Assembly: GCA_015680685.1 (NCBI GenBank)
Contig: MNCI01001986.1
Coordinates: forward strand, 1 to 64,000
Source of the DNA: Gnetum montanum
Taxonomy: Eukaryota > Plantae > Gnetophyta
Direction: 5' to 3'
DNA: 64,000 nt
The position numbers were made by a program, and so were the translations under genes. The notes beneath the pieces are model-generated. The model had not been told where the DNA came from. It saw only the letters and a list, made by a program, of their open reading frames with translations, and did no database searches. Below, one piece after another: positions 51,200-64,000 of this stretch (positions are counted from its first letter, which is position 1; each line of letters opens with the position of its first letter).

Positions 51200-52327
51200 T
51201 GTAATTCAAGCACTTAAGGTTGCAAAAGGCTATTGATTCCAAAGGTTCGAAATGCAAAATATTTTTGAAACTTAACAAGAAAATCATTGGAACATAAGTA
51301 ATGTATTTGAGTTTAGCTTTTATAGATTTTAGGTTGCTGATTTTGGGCTACAAATCTCTACCATGATTGCTAACAGATTGATGTTGATTGTAGGTGTAGT
51401 AGGCTATTATCCTAGCATGGTAAATCATTTATGGAAAGTTTTGAAACACAAAGCCATCAAAATCCATTTTCATACTCAAAATAGTAAATGGACTATGCTT
51501 CACCCCAACTATGTTGGCCTTGAAGGACTACACTAGCATTATTGGAATCTATTGGAAATATGGTGACTACACTGGCCATGTGAAGGTTACTGGAAATCCA
51601 TGATGATTAGATTGGCCATTATACCACTACTAGAAACTATCATGACTACGCTGGTTATTGCTAGGAAAACCCAACAACTCAAATGTTGGATGTGTGCAGC
51701 TACACTGGGTTTTATGGTGACTACACTAGGTTTTGCTAGAAAATTCAAAACACAACACCATATACACTAGAAGTAGGTGGTTCTAGCGTACTTGAGGCTA
51801 TACTCCCACAAAAATCCATGAAAATAAAAAATTGGGTAATACCCAAGGCATTTTTAGCCTTCCCAAGCCCATACATAGATATAATACAACTTTTTCCACT
51901 TGGGAAGTGAGGTAGTAGAAATTTATGAGGCATTTCTCAATCCCAAAAATTTAAATTATGTAAGATTGCAAATCAAGGGATACAAACCTTATATTTACAA
52001 TAAGATATTACCTTAAGTTAAGTGATGAAGGTTACAACTTATAACATGCATTTTCTTGGTGGTGTTTCATAAACTACATTTTGAGCTTGTTAGAACCTTG
52101 CAAGGTTGAGTGGTTTCGTAGTGTCAAAACACTTTGGAGTGGAGCTCATAGCTTGTAAAGGGAGTGGTGAAGAAAAAAAGTCCAGAGTTGTGCACGGATT
52201 TTACCCTCAAAGTGTGGACATACCCAAGTTGGGGAACCATGTAAAATTTGGTGTGTTTTTGTGGTTGGTCTATTTTTAATTAGGGATCTTATTCAAACTT
52301 CCTTCTAAGTTCTGGATCCTCATATCA
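51200..52327. mobile_element. LTR-like sequence (TGTAA...TATCA) adjoining the minus-strand PBS-like site; right ~270 bp homologous to the Sirevirus-like LTR 3' end
   Basis: GACTACACT/GACTACGCT motifs at 51490-51830. 52060-52322 aligns to 46770-47045 and to the reverse complement of 58540-58780. Confidence 0.6.
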
Positions 52328-52892
52328 TAGTCCTTTCATTAATGTGTCTTCTCCTAGATAGCCTACTAATTACTAATAGAATCTTTAAACTTATAGATTT
52401 CTAATCAACTTTGCTACTCAGGAGTATACTGCATCAACTTGAAGGCATTTGTAACCTCTAATAATTTAGTAGTAGTAATAGGATCCTTCTTATCTTAAAA
52501 GATAAATGGTTATAAGCTACATAATGTTTTCATAAGCTCATGTTCCATTGATATCCTACTATCACTCTTACTTGTTAAACTAATGTACATAGAAGTTGAG
52601 TTCAAGCTTTTCATTATATGCTAATGGAGAAACTAGAAAAGATAACCATTGATGTCTAATCAACTAATCTCTTTATTTCTAGCAAGATTAGAAGTGATCA
52701 AAGTAATCATATCTACTTAAAATTTAGTTACATTCTTCCCCATTTGATTAAGATGAGATTAGATATTAGAGTTGGGTTGCTAGACCTAGCATCTATCCTT
52801 CCACCATGGCCACATTCACCTTTAGTACTTGTCATTACTAGCATAAAAACATGACATGAGAAGATCATCAAATCTACTCTTTTATACTAGCT

Positions 52893-55834
52893 TGTAACAC
52901 TATCCTTTTTAGTCTTAGGTTAACATGCATTAAATTGGGTATAGAACCCATAATAAATGAATTGGTTATGGGAAGAAAAACATGAAATTGGATCATACTA
53001 ATACTATAATAAAGTAATGCAAAAGGAGAAATAGTAATAACCAAACTAAAAGATAAAAAGACATTGAGAGTAAAAAGAAAAGTGTAATATGATGATAAAA
53101 CATGATATCATAAATAATAATATCAAAATTGAAACTATAGCTAAGCTAAAATTACAAAAGAACATATGGATCTAAAATAATATGCAAAGCTATAAAGTAT
53201 CCAGTAGTACATAACATATCTTGAATCCAAATATATAAAGCATGAGAGGAAGAGTCTAACACATGTTTATGAATATTATAAGATGTAATTAAATAAATAG
53301 TCTAATGGCTAGAAAGGAAATATACAAATCATCTAAAATGAGCAGCAAATGGTAAATAGTCTTCATTCTTCACCTAACCATGATGATCTAAAGATAAAAA
53401 AGGGAGTTGGTATAAACTAAGTAAGAAACCTTAGCATCTACTCTAGATGATCTAAGAGCAAGTCTCATGATGGGCTAGGTAAAGAAATGTTCACTTACAA
53501 ACACATGTCAGTAGAACACAAACACACTAAACACCATGGATTAATGATTAAACATAATATGGAATGTCAAATAAACAAACTAACAAACTAATTTATCCAT
53601 TTCAATCCATCAACCTATAAACAATGATGCTATCATGTAGTACACTCAATTGCAAATGTGTAAAGTGTTGTCAAGAGTACATAGCCAACAAAAATATTCA
53701 AACTATTCACAAGCATAGATTTTTTAAATTAGTCTCAAATAAAATTACTAGTACCCATGGTGCTACCTAGAACTAACCTCTAATGTTTTGGAGACAAAAA
53801 ACAAGATGAATGAACCTAGGAGCACTCTTTCTTATAGGATGAAACCTACATTGACAGCCACATTAATGCATACTTCAAAAAATCACATTACTTGGTTCTA
53901 GTTCCTAACAATCAACAAATATAAGAACTTGAAAACATGTGCAATCCAAATGTTGATGGAGGAGAAACATAGTGAACAAACTGACAAGTACAAATGATCT
54001 AAAAGCTCCAACATAACTAAATAATTGACTTTATGATGAACTCCAATAATCTAGCATACTCAAGGCTATCCAAACATTATCAAATAATGCCAAAGGATAT
54101 TAAAATATGTCAAATTGAGCCTTCATGGTAAGATTGGACCACAAGAACAAAATGTTGCAATTGACAACTTGATCACAACCTATGATGACTAACTAGGACC
54201 TAACCACAAGCTAGTTACAACTTGTGATTTACTTAGAAAATTAAATAATAAATAAATGAAACTTTTACCCATAATCACTATCAATTAATGACCTACCTAT
54301 AACTTTTGGTAATAGACTATTATCTAATCATGGCTTATGATTAACCCTAAACTATTCAAAATGATTTAAAATTATAAAAACAACATGAACAACTTGACCA
54401 AAATTGGACCACAACACATGGTATTATAGGTTTGGTAAAAAAGAAAATCAAAATGTATAGACCAAAACATCACCACAACCTATGATGACCAATCATGACC
54501 TATGATCAATGCTAATGATTTTGGCACAACCCATGGTTAACTTGTGATTTCAACACGAATCCTAGAATAGGTACAAATTGACTTGAAATGATATTCAAAC
54601 ATTTTTAAGTTAATAAGAGATAAATAAAATAGGTTATCAATGATACAAAAGACCAATATGTATATCCTAGTTAATGGAAAATGTACAGAAATACTCAAAG
54701 ACATGGTAAAGAATCCTAATCATGAAAAAATTTAGTAAATGTCGAAAAGTTGAAAATTGGTATAAAAGTTGTTTAGATCAACGCCATGATGATTATTTTG
54801 GAATAAAAAGAAGATTCTTATTCCAAATACCCAATCTTGAAATTATTGAAATATTAAATTCTCATAAAAACCCAATTCAAGAAAATTATGAAAACATAGT
54901 ATATTCAACAAAATGGATCTCACTATTAATGCATAAAAATTCCATTGTTTCCAAATGTGCAAAGCATGACCCAAATCAATAATAATTGTACATAAATTAG
55001 GAAATTCTAGCAAAACACAACCATACTAAGATTGCAAAAAAATCTAATAATCAAAATAAATCATGAGGAAAAGACATGATATCTCACCTAAAAAATAAGA
55101 AGCACAAAACTAAGAAGAAAGAACATGAACCTAACTACACACACATGAATCCTATGCATCACAGATTAATGATGCTTCACAATACGACCACAAGACTATA
55201 ATTTAGTAGCACTTCCACATCCAAGTACAATGGATGCAAAAGTTCCTAAAAGAATGGACTATGGGGTTTTTAATAGAAAACACATAAGAATGAAAATATT
55301 GTAGTCATAATCTTGTTTCTTAAATTAGAAATACATATTAAGAAAGCTACTATCATGTCTCACTCATAAAACTTCCAAAAGGCCAATAAGATATACTATA
55401 AAACTTTTTAATAAAATCAACACATACCAATCCATAAATTTAATTTAGAAAATATCATACATATAAAACTTGATTATTTCATTTACATGCAATGTACACC
55501 TTCATCATAGCTATCATGAAAACTTTCTAACTTGATCCAGTAGATTAGAGTAAATCAATTAAGTATATAATAATGCATAGAATTAAACATACATAACCAT
55601 AAAATATAATGCTAAAAGTCTAAACTAATCAATATGTATAAATGAAAAGCATACCACAAGCACATTCAAGAGCATCAAAGAAATACAAATATGAGCTAAG
55701 AATAATAACTTAGGAATTCAAAAATATAGATTGTTTTAATTAACTTAGTAGTTAATTAATTAATTAAAATATTATCTTAAGTCACTACTTAATGGTGCAC
55801 CTTTAGACTTGGGTCACATGCTTTTTTGGTTACA
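52893..55834. mobile_element. Very AT-rich decayed repeat, possibly a long chromovirus (Tekay-type) LTR
   Basis: TGTAACAC at 52893 and GTTACA/GGTCACA near 55810-55834, no ORFs. No TSD could be confirmed. Confidence 0.3.
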
Positions 55835-57186
55835 TGTTAAGGCTAGTCCTAAGATATCTTCTTAATAGAAGCTATCTTCAAACATGGGTCTCATGCCCTT
55901 GTAGTGATGTATCAAGATTATTTAAATTTGTTAATTAAATCTTCCACTTGATAAATATCTACTTTAAACATGGGTTAATGCTTTTCTAGTGACTTACCGA
56001 CTAGGATCATTTTTAAGATTTATTTCCCATTTTATTTCTTATTATCTTGTAGTCCAAGGAGTTATGTGCTAAAATGGGTCCCAAGATGGTATCTTGAAGA
56101 GTGAATAAATCCCCTTGATATCATATCATTTTTCATCCTTTAGTTCATTCTCCTTCTTTCTATGCTTGGTAATCATGAAGTTCATTAAATTTTTTACAGT
56201 ATAAGAACTAAATTGTATCCATGAAAATAACCTATTGTTAATGAAATATGGAATGATGAATGAATTTCTCTCATTAACCATTATAGATATAATACTTTTA
56301 ATAGGAAATATGAAATCAATTGACATAGCTTCATGACATACATGTGCAAAACCATGCATTTGATGTTAAAAAGAAAAAGAAAAATGACATCAAAGTACTA
56401 ATATTAAGACCATAAAAGAAAATGAAAAATACTCCAAAAACATAAAAAGAGTCAAGAGAATGAATATTTTTAAAATGAAATTTTTTTTAATAAAGTTACA
56501 AAATTTTTAAAAATGAATAGATATAAATAAATATAAAAATGACAAGAAATGAAAAAGATTTTTATAAAAACTAAAAAGCCACATTTCATACTTTATTTAG
56601 TTAAGTTCATCTCCCCCATGACCAAGGCTATGGACAGAGGATTAGAAAATGGATCATACATTATCTAGATCATACATTTATAGTATTGATGATAATTATT
56701 TTTCTATTATTTAGATACAAATATTATATGGAATTATAAAATTTTTTAATTTTAAATTATTTAGAAATAGTCTCTTTTTGGATTTCATTTTTTGACCAAT
56801 CAATATTTTCTTGTTGTAAGTACTTAGATTAAAGAATTTTCTATCTTATCCCTTCAACTTAGTCCACTCTATTTATGTGAGCACTAATGAGCTATTGTAT
56901 GAGTTTCATGCATATTTAGATACTTTGCTTAATTTTCAACTAACCATTGGGTGTATTCTTATTTAGTGGCTACTATATATACATATTTTTGTACAAACTA
57001 TTATGTTGCATTTTGGAAAAATAGTAATTTTCATGTTTTAAATTTTCTACATATAGTTGCACTCTATTTTATTATATATAATACATGGAACTTTCTTCCT
57101 CTTTACAATATCACATTCATTCTCCTTACCAATATCCATGGAGAAATATCTAATGCCCAATTTAACATCAATCATACATAGCCATG

Positions 57187-58184
57187 TGATGAGTGGCGAC
57201 GTACCCCTACACTCAACCATACAAAACAAGCGTAGCATGCGCGATCCGGTCGAACTCCGCAGACTAAATGCCTACACTTCCCATGGAACACTTGGGGTTA
57301 ATCATTCGTTGTCTTCCTAGACTTACTTGTAGTTGTCACGGTGTATGGTTAAGTAAGTCTGAGGTATATGATTTTTATAGTCTTTTATCTGTTTTTCTCC
57401 TATGCTATTGAGATGAAGGGTTGAGAAACTAGCTAACTCTAACTAAGGACTAAGTCTAAATTAACTAGCGTTAGCATCCGTTCCCACTTACCGTACACAC
57501 CCTAAACTATGCAACTGTGGCTACCAAATGCTAATCGTTATTGGGATCACCACACGTAACACACGTGCTCGAAGTGGTCGTACTGAGGCACTTAGCTAGC
57601 CTAAACGTGATGAGAAGCTGATTCCTTGACTAGCCGTACACATCTGTAGATGCTCGTAATCAAGTCGTACTCATCCCACATTCCATGAGTTGAGGGTGAG
57701 AGAGACTAATCGCGATGAGAAGCCAATTCCTTAATTAGCCGTACACATTCATCAATGCTCGTAATCAAGTTGTACTCATGCCGCGCTAATGCAGGTAATA
57801 AATAACATGTAATAAATAACAAGTAATAAAACCTATTCCATGCACTGCAAGGTTTATCTACAAAGCTTGTCTTTATTGCTGTACACAACTTGTGTTCATG
57901 TACAAAGTTGCTCGAATAAAGATTTGTTCACTTGGGGACTCCTATTGTGGGCACATGGAAAATATTCTATCTCTGGAGTAATCAAACTGCCAAAGTTTCC
58001 CTACTTTAAGCCTAGGATGGGAAATAAGGGGAGTGCCGCCTCTTATTTATAGATTTGGCGACGGACCGCGATATCGCATATGCGACATTGTAGGGGACGA
58101 TGCGATATCGCATGATATGCAATATCGTGGGGGCCGCGATATCGCGTACGCGACATCACGGCTCATGCGAATCACGTCTCATCA
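57187..58184 (-). mobile_element. Athila-like solo LTR (998 bp) with perfect 5-bp TSD
   Basis: Terminal inverted repeats TGATGAG...CTCATCA, flanked by CCATG at 57182-57186 and 58185-58189. Inverted homolog of 398-1156. Confidence 0.95.
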
Positions 58185-58534
58185 CCATGTATTTAACATA
58201 ATCATAGGAAAGTCATTCTTATTATCCTAAGTATAAATTATCAAAAAAATAAGTAGGATAAGTATTAGAATTAGTGTAAATTTATTGTGTTTTAAATCCT
58301 ACATGATTATATTTTTTTCATGTTGAGTAGAGTAGAATTAGATGGTAGTCCTTTGGAATCTTTATGTCAAATTTTAGGAGTTATAACTTATGTTTAATTT
58401 GAAGAAAATCCAAAGATAAGTTTAGGTCAAGAAGAAATATTTTGAAATGGTAAAAAGGGGTTAAAATACTTCATGTTATAATTTATCTTAAATGATGCAA
58501 GTTTCTCTAAAAAACTTTTAAATACAAATGTACC

Positions 58535-61500
58535 CCTATGAGGATTGAAAACTTAGAAGAGGGGGATGAATAAGTTCCCAAAAAAATAAATAGCTTCAAA
58601 AACCACACTCAATTTTTACATGGTTTTTCAACTTGGGTACATCCACACTTAGAGGGTAGAATCCTTGCACACCTCTATGCTTTGTTTCTCAAAAATGTGG
58701 TTTCAAGGAAACCACATGCTATACAAGCTTTGAGCTTCACCTGCAAGGTCTTGATAGGCTCAAGATGTGGTTTTAAGGATCCTACAACTTTTACAAATTA
58801 AGCTTCACTTCAGAGCATTTTGATGCTACACAAATACTCAATCCTACAATATCTTGACAAAATCAATTGAGACGTCGATGCTGCACAAACACTCAATCTT
58901 GCAAGATCTCGAAAAAATCAATTGAGACACCTTCTTGCAAGAAACACATCAACCTTACAAAGCTACAAGAGAGAAATAAAATCATAAGGAAAGAATGTAA
59001 CTTAAATTACAAGTTCTTGTACTTTGAAGCACAATTATACAATCAATGAAGCAAATGATTTTACAAATGAAGTACACAAGTACAATATACAATGATTGCT
59101 TTGATAGTGACAATTTATGCACAAAACTTGCATAATACCCAAGAAAATGAAGTCTTCTTATAGCCTTAGAGTTTCCAAAATACCCTAGAATTTGTGTAAT
59201 GGCTATCTAATAGCTAGTAAAGTTGTCTTGTTTGATATTGGAATGTCTCTCTAAAACTAACTTCAATTTTGGGAAGACATCTCTTTTGAAAGTGGGATGT
59301 CTATGTGGAGACGTTTTCTTCTAAAAGGAGACCTCTCCTATATTTGGAAGACATCTTCTCTACATGATCTTCATTTTAGCCAAGATGCATTTTGCTTTAC
59401 AAAGATGTATTCTCAGATTTTGAATTTTGATTTGTTAGGTTTCATTTTATTGATTTAGCTTCCTCTCTATCACTGAAGCATCTTCATTTCACTTGTAGTC
59501 TTCATACTCGTTCATGTTCCCTTAAGTCCTTGTAGTTACCACTTTGACATCTCTTTGTAGATGTCATTTCTTATGCTCTCCTTCATGCCTTGCAGAAATA
59601 TCACTTTCCATAACATTCTATGTTCTCCATTCTTCTTAAGGTTTTGACATAGCAAAAGGTCAACAATCTTTCCCTTTTTGGTTATGTCCAAAACTTAAGA
59701 AAATGGATGAGTTGATAATCTCATAAATAAGAACAATAGTTAGTAAAAATATTAAGATGTATAAATTCCAATGGTAACTAAGGTTATAACTAGGATAATG
59801 GCTCTAAGGCTCAAGATGTAGGCTAGAGATCATATAAAATTCAACAATGAAACTATGCTATGCAAAGGCAAAACCTATCTCCACAAAATTTCACAAATAT
59901 TTAATAAATATCATCTATCCATACCACAAACTAAAATTTTCATACAATATATCCACAAACTATCCATTCACAAAATGTCCATAAAATATGGCTATTGATA
60001 CATCCTCAACATGTACAGAAATCACATATGTACAAATTCACACAAAATCACATATGTGTACATCAAGATGTATCCCCCTTTTTGGACATCATTAAAAAGG
60101 AGAGAGAGCAACCGAGGACTCTAACCACTAACCTTGGTTGCATCATCTGACTCATCATCTAAGGTAAGAATAACTCTAGAGGGTTTGTACATCTCCTTCT
60201 GATCGTCATCATTGCTGGTGTTGGTGTTAGTCACATGCTTCTCATCATCATCATCTAAAGAGGACAACTAAATTGGAGGTTTGTGTGGATGAAGCTTTAC
60301 TTGGAAATGAGATGAATTTGGTGGATTTGGCTAGGCTAGAGCCTACTAAGAAGATGAGGAAGCTCCCTTTCTCTAATATGTGATAGCATCAATAGGCCTC
60401 CATTGAGAAGAAGTTCCAAAAATTCTCTCCATAGCATGTTGCTCGAAAGGTCTAGGAGCATCATCTTGATAATGAAAACTAGTTCCATGCTACATGGAAT
60501 TAGGATGCTCTCCTTGGACATGTGCTAGTGGTGCATCAGGCTCCTTGACATTAGACTCATTTCTCAAGGCATAAGCCTGAGAAGGTCCAATTATTGTAGA
60601 GCATCTTGGTGGAGCTGGAATGTCATCCTCATTGTCTAAAATAGGAGTGGTGATCTCCTCGAATTGCTATTCATTAAGAGGAAGAGGTATTCTAGTAGCA
60701 TCCATTCTCTTATATAAGTAAGAGAGATTCCTGCTGATTATCTCCAAAGTACAAGCAAATGGTAGAAGTAGCTTCTTTAGGGAATATCTCACATGTCCAC
60801 AAATAGATTTGAACCTTCTCATTTGAGGAGAGGTCCTAGATGATGATGCCGATCTCTTCTTCTGTGATGGAGGTGGCTTGGTGCTAGGTCTTTCTTAATC
60901 TACATCGGAGGAGCTCCTCTTTTCTGCATACTCCCCAAGGCTCCTCTTCCCTTTGAGCAAAGGTATCTCTAAAATGGGCACTCCTCTCTAATGAATCATT
61001 AGACTTATAAGGTGAGGATGTCCAAAGATCCTCTCTTTGATGAACATGGTCATAATGTCACAATAGAGAGTATGGTCCAAGTCTAGTGGTTGTCCTGTAA
61101 GTGGGTAGTAGAGAACAAAACCTTGAGGTGCAAACAGATAGATATAGCTTCCTCCTTTTATAATAATGTTATACAAAATAATAAGGGGCAAGGTGGAAGC
61201 ATATGGAGGTATCCTATTTCTTTAAATTCTACCTCTACCAAAAGACATTGACTCTCTAAACAAGGCATCATAAAACTCATCATGTGTGACGAGAATTACA
61301 CCATTAGTGAAAATATCATTCATGGAATGAATGTCAACTTGAAAGACATTCGCACTAGAAATCCCAAGAAGTGCATTCACCATTTGGAAAGACACTTCAA
61401 TAACTAAACCCTTAACTATAGATGTAAGTTCCCTAAAAATAACATTAGTAATAACAATGTTACAATAGACTTCTCTTATAAATACTTCAAGATCCAAGAA

Positions 61501-64000
61501 ATCCACAGCAATGAAAGTAGCCTAGTTCAAAAATTGAAAGGAAATCATCAAAGCTTGTTGCCTATGCAAAAGAATACTTAGAAATAATGTTGATAATTCA
61601 AGTTAGCTCAAACTAGTGCTAGGCATTGGTAAACTTGAACTAGGGAGTGTAGGTGCTTGGATTGTTGGTGGAGCCTTCCTTGGACCTCTTCTTTAGTAGT
61701 GCCCTTGATGTTCCAACCTTCTTGTAAGCTATAGCTACTTAAATTTTTGTCACTGGTGGTACCCTGGTTATCTTCTCGTGGTCATCTTTGATAAAGATGA
61801 ATAAAAAAGAAGGACTTGGATTTATATAATCACACCAAATGAGGGGTTTTTAACAAGAAAGAAGACATCTCCTTTGGAAGATAGACATCTCCTCTATGTC
61901 TATTACTAAGGGTAGACATCTCCTTTTGAAAGTAGATTTCTCTATTGCATTGACGGAAATGATAGGAAGACATCTCATTTTAGAAGTAGACATCTCTATG
62001 TAGATGTCTCCTTTTGGACATAGCCATCTCCTTGAAGATGTCTCCTCTAGATGAGGCTCGATAGGATGGGGTTTAGGAATGGCTACTAAGGATTATAGTC
62101 TTAAAAAATACACAAAATGAATCAATAACTCACCTTTACTTACCTTTCTTGCTGAAGAGAATGAGAATGCATAGTATGCTTAAGCATGAGATTCTTCTTT
62201 CGAGGTTTCTCTTCTCACACAAACTTCTTCAATCTCTAAGGCTTGGCTCCCTTTCACAAAATTATTGGAGAGTCCTCTCATTCCCCTATTCCTTCCTTTT
62301 AATTCTCAAAATTTTTTGAACTCCCTTGTTCTTTTGAGTAGACCTCCATTCCCTTTTTCCTTGTAAGATTCCTTTTCTCAGTGCATTTGGTTTAGAAAAA
62401 GGAGTCTTATGATACGACCAATTATTCATGTGATACTACTTTATTACTTATGCCTAACTTTATTATAATAATAACATCCCACCTTCATATAGTAGTTAAA
62501 GTGATCATACCATGGAGTTGCTCTTGGTTGAGATGTAATGCCCATTGATTCTTCATTCTTGTGAGTATCCTTTGGTTTAGATGGGATTGGTATATATGAT
62601 TCACCTTGTGTACAATATCCTAGTCCACTCTTATCATGTGGACTTCATCCTTGTGCTTAAAACATCTGAAGGAACTCTTTCCCTTTAACCAACTTTTCAT
62701 TCACAAGTTTTACATCTACAAGTTCTTCCTTCATATGTTTACAAGACTTGGTTAGCTCTTTATTCTTAGCCCTAAGGTATGAGATTTCCTTTGAGAGATC
62801 TAAAATATTTGTATTTAAGGAAGAAATATCTTGATCCTTAATTTTTACTTGTTTCCTTATCTTTGTGCAAATATTTTGAAAAGATAAAAGTTCATTACAT
62901 AAAACTTCATACCTTTGTTCATCATTTTCAAACCATCATCTAAGGTGCCAACATCATCATCCATAAGCACCATACAGATGAGATGTGAATCTTCTATGGC
63001 CTCATCCACTTCTTCTTCACTTTGCTCACATCATTCCAACTAGTGTAGAAGTTAGATCTTTTCAGGTTCAGTATCACTTTTGTCCCTTGTTTGAAACCTG
63101 CCATTACCTAGATATTTGGAGGCCACATGGTCTCTTCCACCACAAACGCAACATTCTATTGAAGAAGAATCAAAGTGTGAAATTTAAAAATTTTTACCTC
63201 TTTCCTTACCTTTGAATTTATTGGATCTTTACTAATTGGAGCTCTTGCTCCTTTTTGTCACAAGCCTTTGCATTCTTTTTGATAAAAGAGCTATTTCTTC
63301 TTCACTGCCCTCAACTTGCTTAGCATGTTCTTTCCTCTTGGAAGCAGATTTTAGAGTAATGAATTTTTCCTTAATTTCCCCTTTACTTATGAGGTTCATT
63401 TCATAAGAAATAAGAGCACTTTGAGGCTCTTTAAATTTTAGAATTGAAAAATGTCTAATTTTCTCCATGGGTGTGACCTTTCTAAATTCCAGTTGGAGAG
63501 TTATAATCATTTTTATAATAACATTGCTTTTAGGAAAATCCTTACGTGTACCTCTAATAAACACAACTAGATCATTTTCCCTAGAGAAATATTCTTTTAT
63601 TTTCTCACCTTCTCTCATTTTAAGCTTACTGTACTCACTTTGCAAAACTAAAAGTTTAGATTGCTTAACTATTGATGTTTCCTTATAGGTAGCCTATAAA
63701 GTTTCCCAAATTTCTTTGGCCATTCTACATCTAGCTACTCTATTAAATTTAGAATTATTCAATGCATAATACAAATAATTATTTTCTTTTGAATCGAACA
63801 TAAACTTATCTTTCTCTTCTTGTGTCCACTCACTCTGGGGCTTGATGGCTTTTGTTGTGCTATCAAGGGGTAGTGTGTAGCCTTTGAGGTTGGACTCCTA
63901 GACTTTAAATTCCATAGACTCAAATAAGCATTACATCCTTTCCTTCCAATAGGCAAAGTGAAATCCATCAAACATTTGTGGCTTTGTGTAAGATGTCCCA
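58535..64000 (-). mobile_element. Sirevirus-like copia element lacking pol: gag (64000-~62400), repeated-motif/TATA region, env-like ORF (~61790-60120), multiple PPTs, 3' LTR (59665-~58535)
   Basis: gag PQMFDGFHFAYWKERM..AKEIWETL..QSEYSKLKMREGEKIKEYFSR, decayed zinc knuckle and PHDKSGLGY. env-like ORF EVFIREVYCN..TSIVKGLVIEVSFQMVNALLGI..GQPLDL..GHPHLISL. PPTs at 59666-59679 and ~60073-60083. LTR begins TGTTGAC. Confidence 0.85.

Larger units (their letters stand above)
28450..52327 (-). mobile_element. Large non-autonomous Tat/Ogre-like gypsy element (gag-protease, no recognisable pol, antisense gene cassette), with nested L1 and solo LTR; boundaries uncertain
   Basis: Minus-strand gag/PR at 45330-49900 and a PBS-like sequence at ~51181-51199. 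The same GACTACGCT-derived motif occurs at 29.3-32.3 kb, 50.3-50.5 kb and 51.5-51.8 kb. The same 33-bp repeat occurs at 29.1, 38.3 and 44.1 kb. No matching left LTR was found. Confidence 0.55.

Overview
Land-plant nuclear DNA (spliceosomal introns, heavy CG/CHG deamination of repeats; host lineage not determinable from sequence alone, though the divergent FBW2 hints at a non-angiosperm). Two intact host genes lie on + in the first 17 kb: a 6-exon FCP1/NIF-type HAD phosphatase-like gene (4742-11137) and a 2-coding-exon F-box/LRR gene resembling FBW2 (14826-16541). The rest is nested, mostly decayed retrotransposons: RTE LINEs (1.2-3.9 kb and two intronic fragments), a copia 3' remnant (~19-20 kb), an Athila-like gypsy family (3' end + LTR at 1-1156, almost LTR-less internal domain at 20.1-28.4 kb, solo LTR at 57187-58184), a large pol-less Tat/Ogre-like element on - (~28.5-52.3 kb) that hosts an L1 LINE and a Sirevirus-like solo LTR, and a pol-less Sirevirus-like element (58.5-64 kb). 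Most notable: the Tat/Ogre-like element appears to carry a decayed, spliced, antisense gene that joins an intron-stripped FCP1/NIF phosphatase-like domain (same family as the host gene ~24 kb upstream) to a retrotransposon env-like/plant-mobile-type domain and coiled coil, preceded by an array of nested palindromes. All alignments were made by eye; no database searches were run.
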